Origin: an uncultured Planctomycetota bacterium
Lineage (GTDB): Bacteria; Planctomycetota; Planctomycetia; Isosphaerales; Isosphaeraceae
NCBI GenBank assembly: GCA_963737655.1
Contig: CAVTTN010000002.1
Location: 5,056,001-5,120,000 of the forward strand
Direction of reading: 5' to 3'
DNA: 64,000 nt
The notes under the pieces were generated by a model that ran no database searches, was not told where the DNA came from, and saw only the letters and a program-made list of their open reading frames with translations. The translations under genes were made by a program, and so were the position numbers. Each line of letters begins with the position of its first letter. The first letter of the stretch is position 1. Of this stretch, positions 9,621 to 19,380 are shown one piece after another.

Positions 9621-11012
9621 TCACTCCCCCAGGTCGTATTCCTGGATCTTGTCGAAGAGGCGGCGGCGGTCGATCCCGAGGCGTTCGGCGGCCTTGGTCC
9701 GGTTGTTGCCGGAGGCGATCAGGGCGTCTCGGATCGCCTTGCGCTCGACCTCGGCGAGCAGGGCCCGGAGCGGGAGCGTGCCGGAGGATTCTGGCGAGGG
9801 GGCCGGGGCCGGGGCCGCGGCGGAGGCGGAGGCGGCGTCCTCGGCCTGGAGGTGCTCGGGGAGGATCGCCCGGCCTCGGGCCGCGATGGCGGCTCTCGCC
9901 AGGGCGTTTTCGAGCTGGCGGACGTTCCCCGGCCAGGGGTGCGCCTTCACCGCCTGGAGGGTCTCGGGGGCGAGCGAGAGGGCGTCCCAGCCGTATTTTC
10001 GTTCGAGGCGGTGGAGGACGTGCTCGACCAGGGGGGCGATGTCCTCGGGCCGGTCCCTCAGCGGGGGAATCGTCAGGCGGACCACGTTCAGGCGGTAATA
10101 GAGGTCCTCGCGGAATCGGCCCTCGGCGACCTCTCGGGGCAGGTCGCGGTGGGTGGCCGAGACGATCCGGGCGTCGGAGAGGAGCGTCTCGTTGCCGCCG
10201 ACCCGTTCGAACTCGGACGATTGCACGACCCTCAAAAGCTTCGCCTGGACGCTCGGGGGGAGCTCGCCGACCTCGTCGAGGAAGATCGTCCCCCGGCGGG
10301 CCCTCTCGAACCGGCCCGCCCTCTGGCGGTCGGCGCCGGTGAAGGCGCCCCGCTCGTGGCCGAAGAGCTCGGATTCGACCAGCCCCTCCGGCAAGGCCGC
10401 GCAGTTCACGCGAACGAACGGCCCGGACGCCCGTCGCGAGTGGCCGTGGAGGGCCGAGGCGACGAGCTCCTTGCCCGTCCCGCTCTCGCCGACGATCAGG
10501 ACGGGTTCCTCGGTGGCCGCGGCCCGGCCGATCGCCTTGAAGACCTCCCGGATCGCCGCCGATCGCCCCACCATCGCCGGGCGGTCGGCGTCGTCGTCGG
10601 CCCGGGATTCTCGGCGGAGCTCGCGGACCTCGTCGGCCAGCGCCTTTTGACGGAGCGCCCTCCGGAGGGTGATGGTGACTTCGTCGAGGTCGAAGGGCTT
10701 GCTCAGATAGTCATACGCGCCTCGCTTCATGGCCTCGATGGCCGGGGCGGAGCCTCCGAAGGCGGTGATCACGATCACGGGCAGGTCGGCGAGCCTCGGG
10801 CCGAGCTCCGCCAGGACGGCCAGGCCGTCTCTCCCCGGCATCTTCAGGTCGAGGAGGACGGCCGACGGGCGATCGGCGGCGATCCGGGCGAGCGCGGCGT
10901 CGCCGTCGGCCGCCTCGATCACGGCGAACCCCTCGGACTTCAGCAGGCGGACGAGGTTCCGCCGGACCGAGGGATCGTCATCGACCACCAGGATCGTCTC
11001 GGGTTCATCCAT
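9621..11012 (-). CDS. Sigma54-dependent response regulator (NtrC/AtoC family)
   Basis: REC domain, GESGTGKE, ESELFGHERGAFTGA, WPGNVRQL and Fis-type HTH. Confidence 0.96.
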   Translation of the reverse strand: MDEPETILVVDDDPSVRRNLVRLLKSEGFAVIEAADGDAALARIAADRPSAVLLDLKMPGRDGLAVLAELGPRLADLPVIVITAFGGSAPAIEAMKRGAYDYLSKPFDLDEVTITLRRALRQKALADEVRELRRESRADDDADRPAMVGRSAAIREVFKAIGRAAATEEPVLIVGESGTGKELVASALHGHSRRASGPFVRVNCAALPEGLVESELFGHERGAFTGADRQRAGRFERARRGTIFLDEVGELPPSVQAKLLRVVQSSEFERVGGNETLLSDARIVSATHRDLPREVAEGRFREDLYYRLNVVRLTIPPLRDRPEDIAPLVEHVLHRLERKYGWDALSLAPETLQAVKAHPWPGNVRQLENALARAAIAARGRAILPEHLQAEDAASASAAAPAPAPSPESSGTLPLRALLAEVERKAIRDALIASGNNRTKAAERLGIDRRRLFDKIQEYDLGE

Positions 11013-12465
11013 GAGCGTCTCGGGTCGCCCTGGAGGGCGAAGGAAGGTCGGCGAGCGGGGGTCGGGCCGTCGCGGAGGGCAGGAACAAGGTCATCGCCGC
11101 CCCTCCTTTCGGGGCGTCTCCGGCGAGGAGCTCGCCGTGGTGGGCCAGGGCGATCTCCCGGGCGATCGCCAGTCCGAGCCCGGTCCCCTCGGCCCTCGTG
11201 GTGAAGAACGGCTCGAAGAGGTGGTCGCGGGCCTCGGGGGCCAGGCCGGGGCCGGTGTCGGAGACGGTCGCCTCGACGCCCCCTCTCGAGGGGTCGCGGC
11301 GGGTGCGGATCTGCATCGTCCCGCCCCTGGGCATCGCCTGGAGGGCGTTCGTCGTCAGGTTGCGGAGGATCTGGAGGATGGCCTGGGGGTCGAACCGCGA
11401 CGGAGGCAGGTCGGCCGCGAGGTCCAGGACGATCCCGACCCCCTGGGCCTCGGCCGAGGGCTGGGCGAGCCTCGCCGCCTCGCTCGCCTGGGCGTTCAGG
11501 TCGCCCGGCTCGAGCGATCGGGGCCCGACCTTCGAGAACTGGAGCATCCTCGCCACGATCGATTCCAGCCGATCGACCTCCGCGAGCAATTCCGAGGTGA
11601 GTTCCGAATCGTTCACGAGGCCGCGCTCCCAGAGCTGGACGAGCGACCGGACGCCCGCCAGGGGGTTGCGGATCTCGTGGGAGACGCCCGCGAGAAGTTT
11701 CCCCAACGCGGCCAGACGTTCGTTACGCTTCATTTCGACGAGTATCCGCTCTCGATCCGCCCTCTGACGACGGATGGTGAGCGTAAGGGACGTGCTGAGG
11801 CCCAGGGCCACGAGGATGCCGCCCAGGGCCAGCCCGGTGGACCACTGGTACGACCTCAGCGACCGGCCGAACGAGCCGGGGTCGTCCAGGCGGAGCAACG
11901 CCCAGGTCGCCGCGACCCTCCGGCCGTTGACCTTCACCGGGGAGGCGCGGACGGCCAGCGTCCCCCCGGGCGAGTCGATCAGGCGGTCGATGGGTCGGTT
12001 GCGTTCGAGGGCCTCGCGGACGCGGTCATCGATCAGGTCGAATTCGACCGACGGCGGGGCCGACGGCCTCCTCCGGCCGCTCTTCTTCGCCGGAGACGCC
12101 CCGACCGGACCGGACCGCGCCGAGCCGACGTAGCGATCGACCGAGGGGAGGAAGTATCCGGCCTCCACGCCCGGGATCTCGGCGATCGCGGAGGCGGCCT
12201 CGGCCGAGAGCCAGAGGTCCAGGACGTCCCAATCCTCCGGGTCGAGCGTCTCGGGCCAGCTCGGGACGATCGACAGCCCCTTCGCCCCCCGGACGGCCAG
12301 CGCATCATCGACCCGGGCCAGGACGCGGCCGGCGTCGGCCCTCCGCCTTTCCCGGGCCAGCGCATCGTCGCCGGCCCTCCAGAGCGACCCCGCGGCCGCC
12401 CCGAGCAGCGCCACGACCGCCACCGCCTGGACGGCCAGCCCGGCCCGCTCTCGCCCCGTGCCCAT
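11005..12465 (-). CDS. Sensor histidine kinase
   Basis: Two TM segments, HEIRNPL H-box, NALQA, DTGPG, FEPFFTT and GTGLGL; start codon uncertain (12465 or 12537). Confidence 0.93.
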   Translation of the reverse strand: MGTGRERAGLAVQAVAVVALLGAAAGSLWRAGDDALARERRRADAGRVLARVDDALAVRGAKGLSIVPSWPETLDPEDWDVLDLWLSAEAASAIAEIPGVEAGYFLPSVDRYVGSARSGPVGASPAKKSGRRRPSAPPSVEFDLIDDRVREALERNRPIDRLIDSPGGTLAVRASPVKVNGRRVAATWALLRLDDPGSFGRSLRSYQWSTGLALGGILVALGLSTSLTLTIRRQRADRERILVEMKRNERLAALGKLLAGVSHEIRNPLAGVRSLVQLWERGLVNDSELTSELLAEVDRLESIVARMLQFSKVGPRSLEPGDLNAQASEAARLAQPSAEAQGVGIVLDLAADLPPSRFDPQAILQILRNLTTNALQAMPRGGTMQIRTRRDPSRGGVEATVSDTGPGLAPEARDHLFEPFFTTRAEGTGLGLAIAREIALAHHGELLAGDAPKGGAAMTLFLPSATARPPLADLPSPSRATRDAHG

Positions 12466-12571
12466 CGTTCGGATCGCCTCCGTCCCGCCGTCGGGAAACG
12501 CCCCGGATCGCTCGCAACTCCGGGGCCGTCTCATCACGAGGCCGCCAGCCGGCTCCCCTGAGGATTCTTCG

Positions 12572-12988
12572 TCAGTCCCGAGCCTCCGGGCGTTTCGGCT
12601 CGTGCGGGCAGGGTCGCGCCCATCCCGGGTTGCCGGCGTCGATCTCCACGCGCCGGCCGACCCCGCGGAAGCCGTTCAGGCTCGGGCTATGCATCCGGAA
12701 TCGCCTCTCGGGCCCGGGGGTATGCCCCGAGGGATCGGTGTCGAAACGCACGGTGACCTCGAAGCGATTCTCTTCGCGGTCCAGCCGGCTCATCGTCCAC
12801 TGGTCGTCGGGGATCGTGATGCGGATGATGGTCCCGCATTCGGCCCTCGGTCGCTCCGAGACGAGGGGACCGGCCGGTTCGGGCCGTGTCGTCGGCCCGT
12901 GGATCAGGGCGAGCCCCGCGACCATCCCTGCCAGGAGCAGCGCGAGCGAGATGAGCCAGGCTGGCGGGCGGTCGCGGATGGGCATCAT
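12572..12988 (-). CDS. Hypothetical single-TM protein
   Basis: ORF with an N-terminal hydrophobic segment, upstream of the kinase gene. Confidence 0.45.
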   Translation of the reverse strand: MMPIRDRPPAWLISLALLLAGMVAGLALIHGPTTRPEPAGPLVSERPRAECGTIIRITIPDDQWTMSRLDREENRFEVTVRFDTDPSGHTPGPERRFRMHSPSLNGFRGVGRRVEIDAGNPGWARPCPHEPKRPEARD

Positions 12989-13045
12989 GGCGGGACGACT
13001 CCCCTCGGCCGGATCGGGACGAAGACCGATGACGGCGTCCCGACC

Positions 13046-13083
13046 GGGCGGAATCCGCCCGCGGAGGCGTCCGCGATCCGCCC
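13046..13083. promoter_or_regulatory. Putative enhancer (UAS) sites for a sigma54 activator
   Basis: Palindrome GGGCGGAATCCGCCC plus a degenerate second copy ending ATCCGCCC, upstream of the -24/-12 element. Confidence 0.5.
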
Positions 13084-13135
13084 GGTCGTCCCCCCGATTG
13101 TCGCGAAAACCTCGGGAATTTGCGAGGACGGCGAG

Positions 13136-13151
13136 CGGCATCATTCGTGCG
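13136..13151 (+). promoter_or_regulatory. Putative sigma54 -24/-12 promoter
   Basis: CGGCATCATTCGTGCG (GG-N10-GC), about 70 bp before the PDZ gene start. Confidence 0.6.
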
Positions 13152-13221
13152 AAGTCGGATTGGCTCCCCGGCGACGACCGCTCGGGGCGGCTCCGGCTGA
13201 TCCCTCCAGGAGAGCGACACG

Positions 13222-15330
13222 ATGCTCAAGCTTTGCGCGACGGCCGCGACGGTGGCCGGTCTGGGCCTCACGGCCATGTTCACGACTCCCCAGGAGCCGG
13301 CCGAGCCGGCGAGGGTCGAGGCGAAGTCCGACCCGGCCAACGACCTCCGGGACGCTTACGACATCCTCCGTCGGCTCCGGTCCGAGAGGCTGTCGGACCG
13401 GCCCAAGGCGCTGTACGACAAGGCCGCGGCGATGTACCGGGACGCGATCAAGACGGCGGCGGCCGGCAACCTCGACCGCGCCCGGTCGCTCGCCGAGGCG
13501 TCGAAGGACCTGGCCCGGGCCCTGGAGCTGGCGCTGGACGCCCAGAAGGCCGAGCAGGCCGACCCGGACTTGCCGCCTCCTCCGGGGCCTTCGCGGAGGA
13601 CGTACACGATCACCCGGCCGGTGGTCGTGAACCGCGATGCCACCACGACGGTTCGGACCATCACCGACCCGGCGAAGGCCGCCGAGCTCCCGCCGCCCCT
13701 TCCGACCGAGGATCGCGTGGTCTCCGCGAGCCCGTACCAGAAGAAGAAAGCCACGGCGAAGGTCGAGGAACAGACCGTGATCGTCGGAGGGGACCGGGTC
13801 CGGCTGTTCCGGCCCTCGGGCGAGGAGGCCGGCAAGGGCGAGGCCCGCGAGGTGATCGTCGAGAGGATCGAGGGCGAGCCCGCAAAGATCGCCTACAAGC
13901 TCCAGGGCGACGTGAAGCTCCACGAGAGCGCGAAGGCGGACGTCCAGAAGAAGGTCCTGGACGAGATCCGCGTCGAGCTCCAGGACCTGATGGAGGCCCA
14001 GAAGATCGGCTCGCAGGCGGACCGGGCGAAGCAGGAGATGGAGAAGGCCACCGAACAGCTCCAGAAGCTCAAGAGCCTCACCGCGATCGGGGTGGCCCGG
14101 AAGGCCCAGGGGACCGAGGCCCACGAGGCCCACGACGCCCTGAAGAAGGCGTATGAGCGGGTCCGCGAGGCCAGGAACGCGACGAAGGACGGCGATTCCC
14201 GGGTCGTCCTGGACGCCGCCCGGGACCTCTACAACGCCGCGAGGCGAGACGCCGAGGCCGGTCGGTTCGACCGGGCCGCCGAGCTCGCCGGGGCCGCCGA
14301 GGCGCTCACGAAAGTCCCCGAGCACCTCGCCGCCACCAAGGCGCAGGCGAAGTCCGTCTCCGAGAAGGCCAGGGCCGACGTCGCCCGCTTCCGCGACGAG
14401 GTCAAGAAGGCCGAGGCCCAGGCCCGGGTGACCGAGCGCAAGGCGAGGGCCGAGGCCGAACTCGCCAGGGCGGAGGCCGACAAGGCCCGTGCCCTGGCCG
14501 AGAAGGCCGAGGCCCAGGCCCGCAAGGACGCCGAGGCCCCGAAGGCCGAGGCCCCGAAGGCCGAGGAGGCGAAGCCCGAGGGCGGCCTGGGCGTCTCGAT
14601 CTCGTTCGACGACGGCAAGGCCAAGGTCCTGGAAATCTTCCCCGACGGCCCCGCCGCCAGGGCCGGCACGATCCACGTCGGCGACGCGATCGTCGGCGTC
14701 GAGACCGAGACCGGCGCCACGATCGGATTCGGCGAGAAGTCCCAGGACGACGCCACGAAGCTCCTCCGCGGGCCCAACGGGACGAAGGTCAAGGTGATCG
14801 TCCAGCCCGGGGGCTCGGGCGACCGCAAGGTCATCACGATCGAGCGAGGGACGATCAACCCGCCGGCCGCGAAGGACCCCTCCTCGCGCAACGACCTCCC
14901 CGAGGGCATCCCCGACGCCCTCCGCGCCCTGATCGTCGAGCCGAAGCCGATCGAGGTGAAGGTGAATGTCGTCGCCCCGGCCGAGCCCGGGGCCAGGAAG
15001 GATGAGGAGGTCGGGCGGATCGGCGTCTCGATCTCCTTCGAGGACGGCAAGGCCAAGGTCCTGAACGTCCTCCCCGACTCCCCGGCCGCCAGGACCGGCG
15101 CCCTGAAGCCCGGAGACGCGATCGTGGGCCTGGAGGCCGACGCCCTGGGCAAGGTCGAGTTCGCCGGCAAGACGCGGGAAGACGTCCTCAAGCTCCTCGC
15201 CGGCCCGGCCGGCACGAAGGTCAAGTTGAGGGTCGCCACCGAGGGCGGAGAGCCCCGGGTGGTCGAGATCGAGAGGACGACCCTCGACGGGGCCAAGGTC
15301 GCCCCCGGACTGCCCCCGAAGATTGATTGA
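13222..15330 (+). CDS. Exported helical-repeat/coiled-coil protein with two PDZ domains
   Basis: Signal/TM segment; two GLGVSI/RIGVSI..SPAA..G....GDAIV..LRGP/LAGP.GTKV PDZ units; no protease domain seen. Confidence 0.85.
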   Translation: MLKLCATAATVAGLGLTAMFTTPQEPAEPARVEAKSDPANDLRDAYDILRRLRSERLSDRPKALYDKAAAMYRDAIKTAAAGNLDRARSLAEASKDLARALELALDAQKAEQADPDLPPPPGPSRRTYTITRPVVVNRDATTTVRTITDPAKAAELPPPLPTEDRVVSASPYQKKKATAKVEEQTVIVGGDRVRLFRPSGEEAGKGEAREVIVERIEGEPAKIAYKLQGDVKLHESAKADVQKKVLDEIRVELQDLMEAQKIGSQADRAKQEMEKATEQLQKLKSLTAIGVARKAQGTEAHEAHDALKKAYERVREARNATKDGDSRVVLDAARDLYNAARRDAEAGRFDRAAELAGAAEALTKVPEHLAATKAQAKSVSEKARADVARFRDEVKKAEAQARVTERKARAEAELARAEADKARALAEKAEAQARKDAEAPKAEAPKAEEAKPEGGLGVSISFDDGKAKVLEIFPDGPAARAGTIHVGDAIVGVETETGATIGFGEKSQDDATKLLRGPNGTKVKVIVQPGGSGDRKVITIERGTINPPAAKDPSSRNDLPEGIPDALRALIVEPKPIEVKVNVVAPAEPGARKDEEVGRIGVSISFEDGKAKVLNVLPDSPAARTGALKPGDAIVGLEADALGKVEFAGKTREDVLKLLAGPAGTKVKLRVATEGGEPRVVEIERTTLDGAKVAPGLPPKID

Positions 15331-15348
15331 TTGAGCGGCCGGCGGGGG

Positions 15349-15387
15349 AAATGGGGGGCTGGCGTCCGAACTCCAGCCCCTCATTTT
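15349..15387 (+). terminator. Putative intrinsic terminator
   Basis: AAATGGGGGGCTGG...CCAGCCCCTCATTTT hairpin just after the PDZ gene. Confidence 0.5.
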
Positions 15388-15515
15388 CGCGGTCCGGCCT
15401 CGGCACGATTGCCCGGGGGCCGGGGATCGGCTAGGCTGGGCCCGTCCATGACCCCCGAAAGGGCGGATCGCGTCTTCGGGGAGGTCCGGCCCGAAGGCCG
15501 TCGCCGAGGGGTTCG

Positions 15516-16970
15516 ATGAAGGTCGTCCTGATCGCGTCCGAGGCGGTCCCGTTCTCGAAGACGGGCGGCCTGGCCGACGTCGCCGGGGCCCTGCCCCGCG
15601 CCCTGGCCGCCCTCGGCCACGAGGTCACCCTGATCTCGCCGCGATATCGCCAGGTCTTGCCCGGGGCGCCGATCCTGGAGGCCACGGGCCTCTCGATCCG
15701 CGTGCCGATCGGGTCGAAGGCCGTCGGCGGACGACTCCTCGCCGCCGAGATCCCCGGGGGGGTCGGCGTGGTGATCGATCAGCCCTCGTATTTCGACCGC
15801 GACGGCCTGTACGGGATCGACGGCAAGGATTATCTCGATAATTCGGAGCGCTTCGCCTTCTTCGCGAGGGGGGCGATCGAGGCCGTCAAGGCGATGGGGC
15901 TTCGGCCCGACGTCCTCCACCTCCACGACTGGCAGACCGGGCCGATCCCGGGGTTCCTCCGGGGGCCGTACCGCGACGACCCCTCGCTCCGGGGATGCGG
16001 GACGGTCCTGACGATCCACAACCTCGCGTATCAGGGCGTGTTCCCGAGAGAGCACGTGGCCCTGACCGGGCTCGCCGACTCGCCCCGGATCGTCTCCGAC
16101 GGCCGATTGAACTTCCTCAAGGCGGGGATCGCCTTCGCCGACCTGCTCACGACGGTCAGCCCGACCTATGCCAAGGAGGTCCAGACGCCCGCCTTCGGCT
16201 GCGGCCTGGACGGCCTCCTCCGCGAGCGATCGGCCGACCTCCGGGGGCTCCTCAACGGGATCGACACGACCCTGTGGAACCCGGCCGACGACGTCCAGTT
16301 GGCCTGCCGGTTCGACGCCGAGACGTTCGAGGCGGGCAAGGCCGGGTGCAAGGCGCTCCTCCAGAGGCGACTGGGCCTGCCCGAGAGGCCCGAGGTCCCC
16401 CTGTTCGCCCAGATCGGCCGGCTCGACCCGCAGAAGGGCTGGGAATTGCTCGCGGGGGTCACCGACGACCTGCTCGCCCAGGACGTTCAGCTGGTGGTGC
16501 TGGGCCAGGGCCTGCCGGTCTATCACGAGCTGCTCGACCGGCTCTCCAACCGCCACTCGGGCCGGCTCCGGGCGGTCCTGGAGTTCGCGCCGTCGCTCGC
16601 CCACCAGATCGAGGCCGGGGCCGATTTCCTGCTGATGCCCAGCCTGTACGAGCCGTGCGGTCTGAACCAGCTCTACAGCCTGAGATACGGGACGGTGCCG
16701 ATCGTCCGGGCCACCGGAGGGCTCGCCGACACGGTCGTGGACGCGACCCCGGTCACCCTCCGCGACGGCTCGGCCACCGGGTTCGCCTTCCGGGAGGCGA
16801 GCCCCGACCCGTTCTGGCAGGCGATCCTCCGGGCCCTGACGCTCTGGAGGGACAGGCCGTCGTTCCGCCGGCTCGTCCGCGCGGGGATGGCCGGGGACTG
16901 GTCGTGGGACCGCAGCGCCCGCTCCTATACTCGCGTGTATGAAGAGGCCCGAGACCGGGCCTCCGCCTGA
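15516..16970 (+). CDS. glgA: Glycogen synthase
   Basis: KTGGLADV, HLHDWQT, TIHNLAYQG and EPCGLNQL motifs. Confidence 0.95.
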   Translation: MKVVLIASEAVPFSKTGGLADVAGALPRALAALGHEVTLISPRYRQVLPGAPILEATGLSIRVPIGSKAVGGRLLAAEIPGGVGVVIDQPSYFDRDGLYGIDGKDYLDNSERFAFFARGAIEAVKAMGLRPDVLHLHDWQTGPIPGFLRGPYRDDPSLRGCGTVLTIHNLAYQGVFPREHVALTGLADSPRIVSDGRLNFLKAGIAFADLLTTVSPTYAKEVQTPAFGCGLDGLLRERSADLRGLLNGIDTTLWNPADDVQLACRFDAETFEAGKAGCKALLQRRLGLPERPEVPLFAQIGRLDPQKGWELLAGVTDDLLAQDVQLVVLGQGLPVYHELLDRLSNRHSGRLRAVLEFAPSLAHQIEAGADFLLMPSLYEPCGLNQLYSLRYGTVPIVRATGGLADTVVDATPVTLRDGSATGFAFREASPDPFWQAILRALTLWRDRPSFRRLVRAGMAGDWSWDRSARSYTRVYEEARDRASA

Positions 16971-16997
16971 TCCCCGATCCCCCGCGGAGCGCCCCAG

Positions 16998-18005
16998 ATG
17001 CCCGACCTTCGCAAGGACCCGATCGTCGGCCGGTGGGTCATCATCGCCACCGAGCGAGGCAAGAGGCCCCACGACTTCCACGGGGAGGCCCAGGTCCTCG
17101 CCGCCCCCGGGAACTGCCCCTTCTGCGAGGGGAACGAGGCCAGCACCCCTCCCGAGATCGTCGCCTACCGCGACCGAGGCTCCGCGCCCAACTCCCCCGG
17201 ATGGCGGGTCCGCGTGGTCCCCAACAAGTTCCCGGCGCTGAAGGTCGAGGGGGCCCTGGAGAAGCGCGGCGAGGGGATCTACGACCGGATGGCGGGCGTC
17301 GGCGCCCACGAGGTCATCATCGAGACGCCTCATCATCACGTGAGCATGGCCGACCTCGCCGAGGAGAACATCCGGGAAGTCCTCTGGGCCTATCGAGACC
17401 GCCTGATCGACCTCAAGAAGGATGACCGCCTCGCCCACGGGATGCTCTTCAAGAACGTCGGCGCCGCCGCCGGGGCGAGCCTGGAGCACACCCACAGCCA
17501 GTTGATCGTCACGCCCACGGTGCCGATCTCGGTCTGGGAGGAGATGACCGGCTCCTTGGAGTTCTACAACTACCGGGGACGTTGCATCTACTGCGACATG
17601 ATCCACCAAGAGATCGCCACCGAGAAGCGAATCGTCCTGGACTCGCCCCATTTCACGGCGTTCTGCCCGTTCGCCAGCCGGTTCCCGTTCGAGACCTGGA
17701 TCCTGCCGAAGTCGCACTCCAGCCACTTCGAGAACATCCCCAAGACCGGGGTGGACGACCTCGGGACGGTCCTCAAGCAGGTCCTCGGCGGCCTGGAGAC
17801 GGCCCTGGACCGCCCGGCGTACAACTACATCATCCACACCGCCCCGTTCGACCATCAAGAAATGCACCACTACCACTGGCACATCGAGATCATTCCCCGG
17901 CTCACCAAGGTCGCCGGCTTCGAGTGGGGGAGCGGGTTCTACATCAACCCCACGCCGCCCGAGGACGCGGCCGGGTTCCTGAGGTCGGCGATCGCGCCGG
18001 GCTGA
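16998..18005 (+). CDS. galT: Galactose-1-phosphate uridylyltransferase family protein
   Basis: [27 protein letters not shown] and [10 protein letters not shown]. Confidence 0.92.
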   Translation: MPDLRKDPIVGRWVIIATERGKRPHDFHGEAQVLAAPGNCPFCEGNEASTPPEIVAYRDRGSAPNSPGWRVRVVPNKFPALKVEGALEKRGEGIYDRMAGVGAHEVIIETPHHHVSMADLAEENIREVLWAYRDRLIDLKKDDRLAHGMLFKNVGAAAGASLEHTHSQLIVTPTVPISVWEEMTGSLEFYNYRGRCIYCDMIHQEIATEKRIVLDSPHFTAFCPFASRFPFETWILPKSHSSHFENIPKTGVDDLGTVLKQVLGGLETALDRPAYNYIIHTAPFDHQEMHHYHWHIEIIPRLTKVAGFEWGSGFYINPTPPEDAAGFLRSAIAPG

Positions 18006-18033
18006 AGAGAGGATGGAAGATGGAGAAGGCGAG

Positions 18034-18840
18034 GTGAATTTCTTGTTCTGGAACTTGAAGCGGAATCCGCTGACATCTCGCGTCGTCCGTCTCGCCGGGT
18101 TGTACGAGTTGGACGTCCTGATGCTCGCGGAATCGGTCTTACCTTCCGACGAATGGCTCGATAGCCTGAACGGGCTGGGCATGGGGACTTTCTGGCAGGC
18201 GAGCCCGGAAGGGGACGATGTCGCGGTCTTCGTCCGACTCCCGACCTGGGCGGTCGAGCCGGTCTCGGCCGAACCGCGACGTATGTTGACTTATCGGGTA
18301 TTCGACCGTGACGGAGAGGAGTTCTTGCTGGTGACGCTCCATCTCCCGAGCCTGCTCCATCGGAGTGAGATGGAACTGTTGCTCGGGGCGACCCGATATT
18401 CGAGGGAGATCATCGCGATCGAAAACCGTCGCGGCCATCGCCGGACCGTGGCCGTGGGGGACTTCAACATGAACCCGTTCAGCGCCGGGATGGTCGCGTC
18501 GGACGCTTTTCATGCGGTCATGACGAAAGAACGGGCCCGGGAGGAAGGGCGAATCGTGGATGGCAAGACGTGCCCGTTCTTCTACAATCCGAAGTGGGGA
18601 TTCTTCGGAGATCGGACCGCCGGTCCCGCCGGGACTTATTACTATGATGCGTCTAAATCCATCAGTTACTTTTGGAATATTTACGATCAGGTTTTGCTTC
18701 GTCCTGCGCTTAAGTCATCTCTCGAAGAGTTGGTCGTCGTGACGAGCGACGGCCAAGACTCGCTTGTCCATCCGAACGGCATTCCTGATCAAAGGAATGC
18801 ATCCGATCATTTACCGATTTTCTTCAAACTCTCGACGTGA
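18034..18840 (+). CDS. Endonuclease/exonuclease/phosphatase (EEP) family protein
   Basis: FWN, LAE, HLPS, GDFNMNPF, YDQVL and SDHLP motifs; GTG start after GAGG (alternative ATG at 18013); AT-richer than flanks. Confidence 0.85.
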   Translation: MNFLFWNLKRNPLTSRVVRLAGLYELDVLMLAESVLPSDEWLDSLNGLGMGTFWQASPEGDDVAVFVRLPTWAVEPVSAEPRRMLTYRVFDRDGEEFLLVTLHLPSLLHRSEMELLLGATRYSREIIAIENRRGHRRTVAVGDFNMNPFSAGMVASDAFHAVMTKERAREEGRIVDGKTCPFFYNPKWGFFGDRTAGPAGTYYYDASKSISYFWNIYDQVLLRPALKSSLEELVVVTSDGQDSLVHPNGIPDQRNASDHLPIFFKLST

Positions 18841-18856
18841 ATCCAGGGGCGGTCTC

Positions 18857-19333
18857 ATGGCATCAACCATCCCGAGCGTGTGGCCCGACGATATCTCGGT
18901 CGATGTCGTTTCCCCGATGGCCATCCTCAACGCTCAGAAAAGCGCGCTCGCCGAGAAGACGAAAAACCTCGTCGTGGCAGACATCGTGACGAGCGAGAAA
19001 GATGGAATGGTCTGGCATCGATTCGACCTCGTCGCACCCTCGCTCAGCGGTTATCGTCGCGAAATCTTCTCGGTGGGTCACACGAAAGATGAGGTTTGGC
19101 CTGCGACGCTTGACGCGGAACACTTCTCGGAGTTTCGCGAGAATTATCGCGACATCGAAGTCGATGGGCGCCCCCAGACTGACGGTCCCGATGGACTTCT
19201 CAGGCTCTTGGCGGAGCTGTTCCAATCGCCATCGATCCGCACTTCGCTCGACTCCCTGATCGCCAGAGTCAATGACGGTCGTTCCCAGCCGCCGAACTCT
19301 GGTGTCTCAAAACCAACCTCCAAGAGCTCCTGA
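18857..19333 (+). CDS. Hypothetical protein partnered with the EEP gene
   Basis: 158-aa ORF 16 bp after the EEP stop; WP.D...SP..IL..Q...L..KT and LVAP.L..Y motifs. Confidence 0.75.
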   Translation: MASTIPSVWPDDISVDVVSPMAILNAQKSALAEKTKNLVVADIVTSEKDGMVWHRFDLVAPSLSGYRREIFSVGHTKDEVWPATLDAEHFSEFRENYRDIEVDGRPQTDGPDGLLRLLAELFQSPSIRTSLDSLIARVNDGRSQPPNSGVSKPTSKSS

Positions 19334-19380
19334 TTGGCGTCTTTGGACACCTGAGATCCTCCCGCCCGAGGCCCCTTCGC

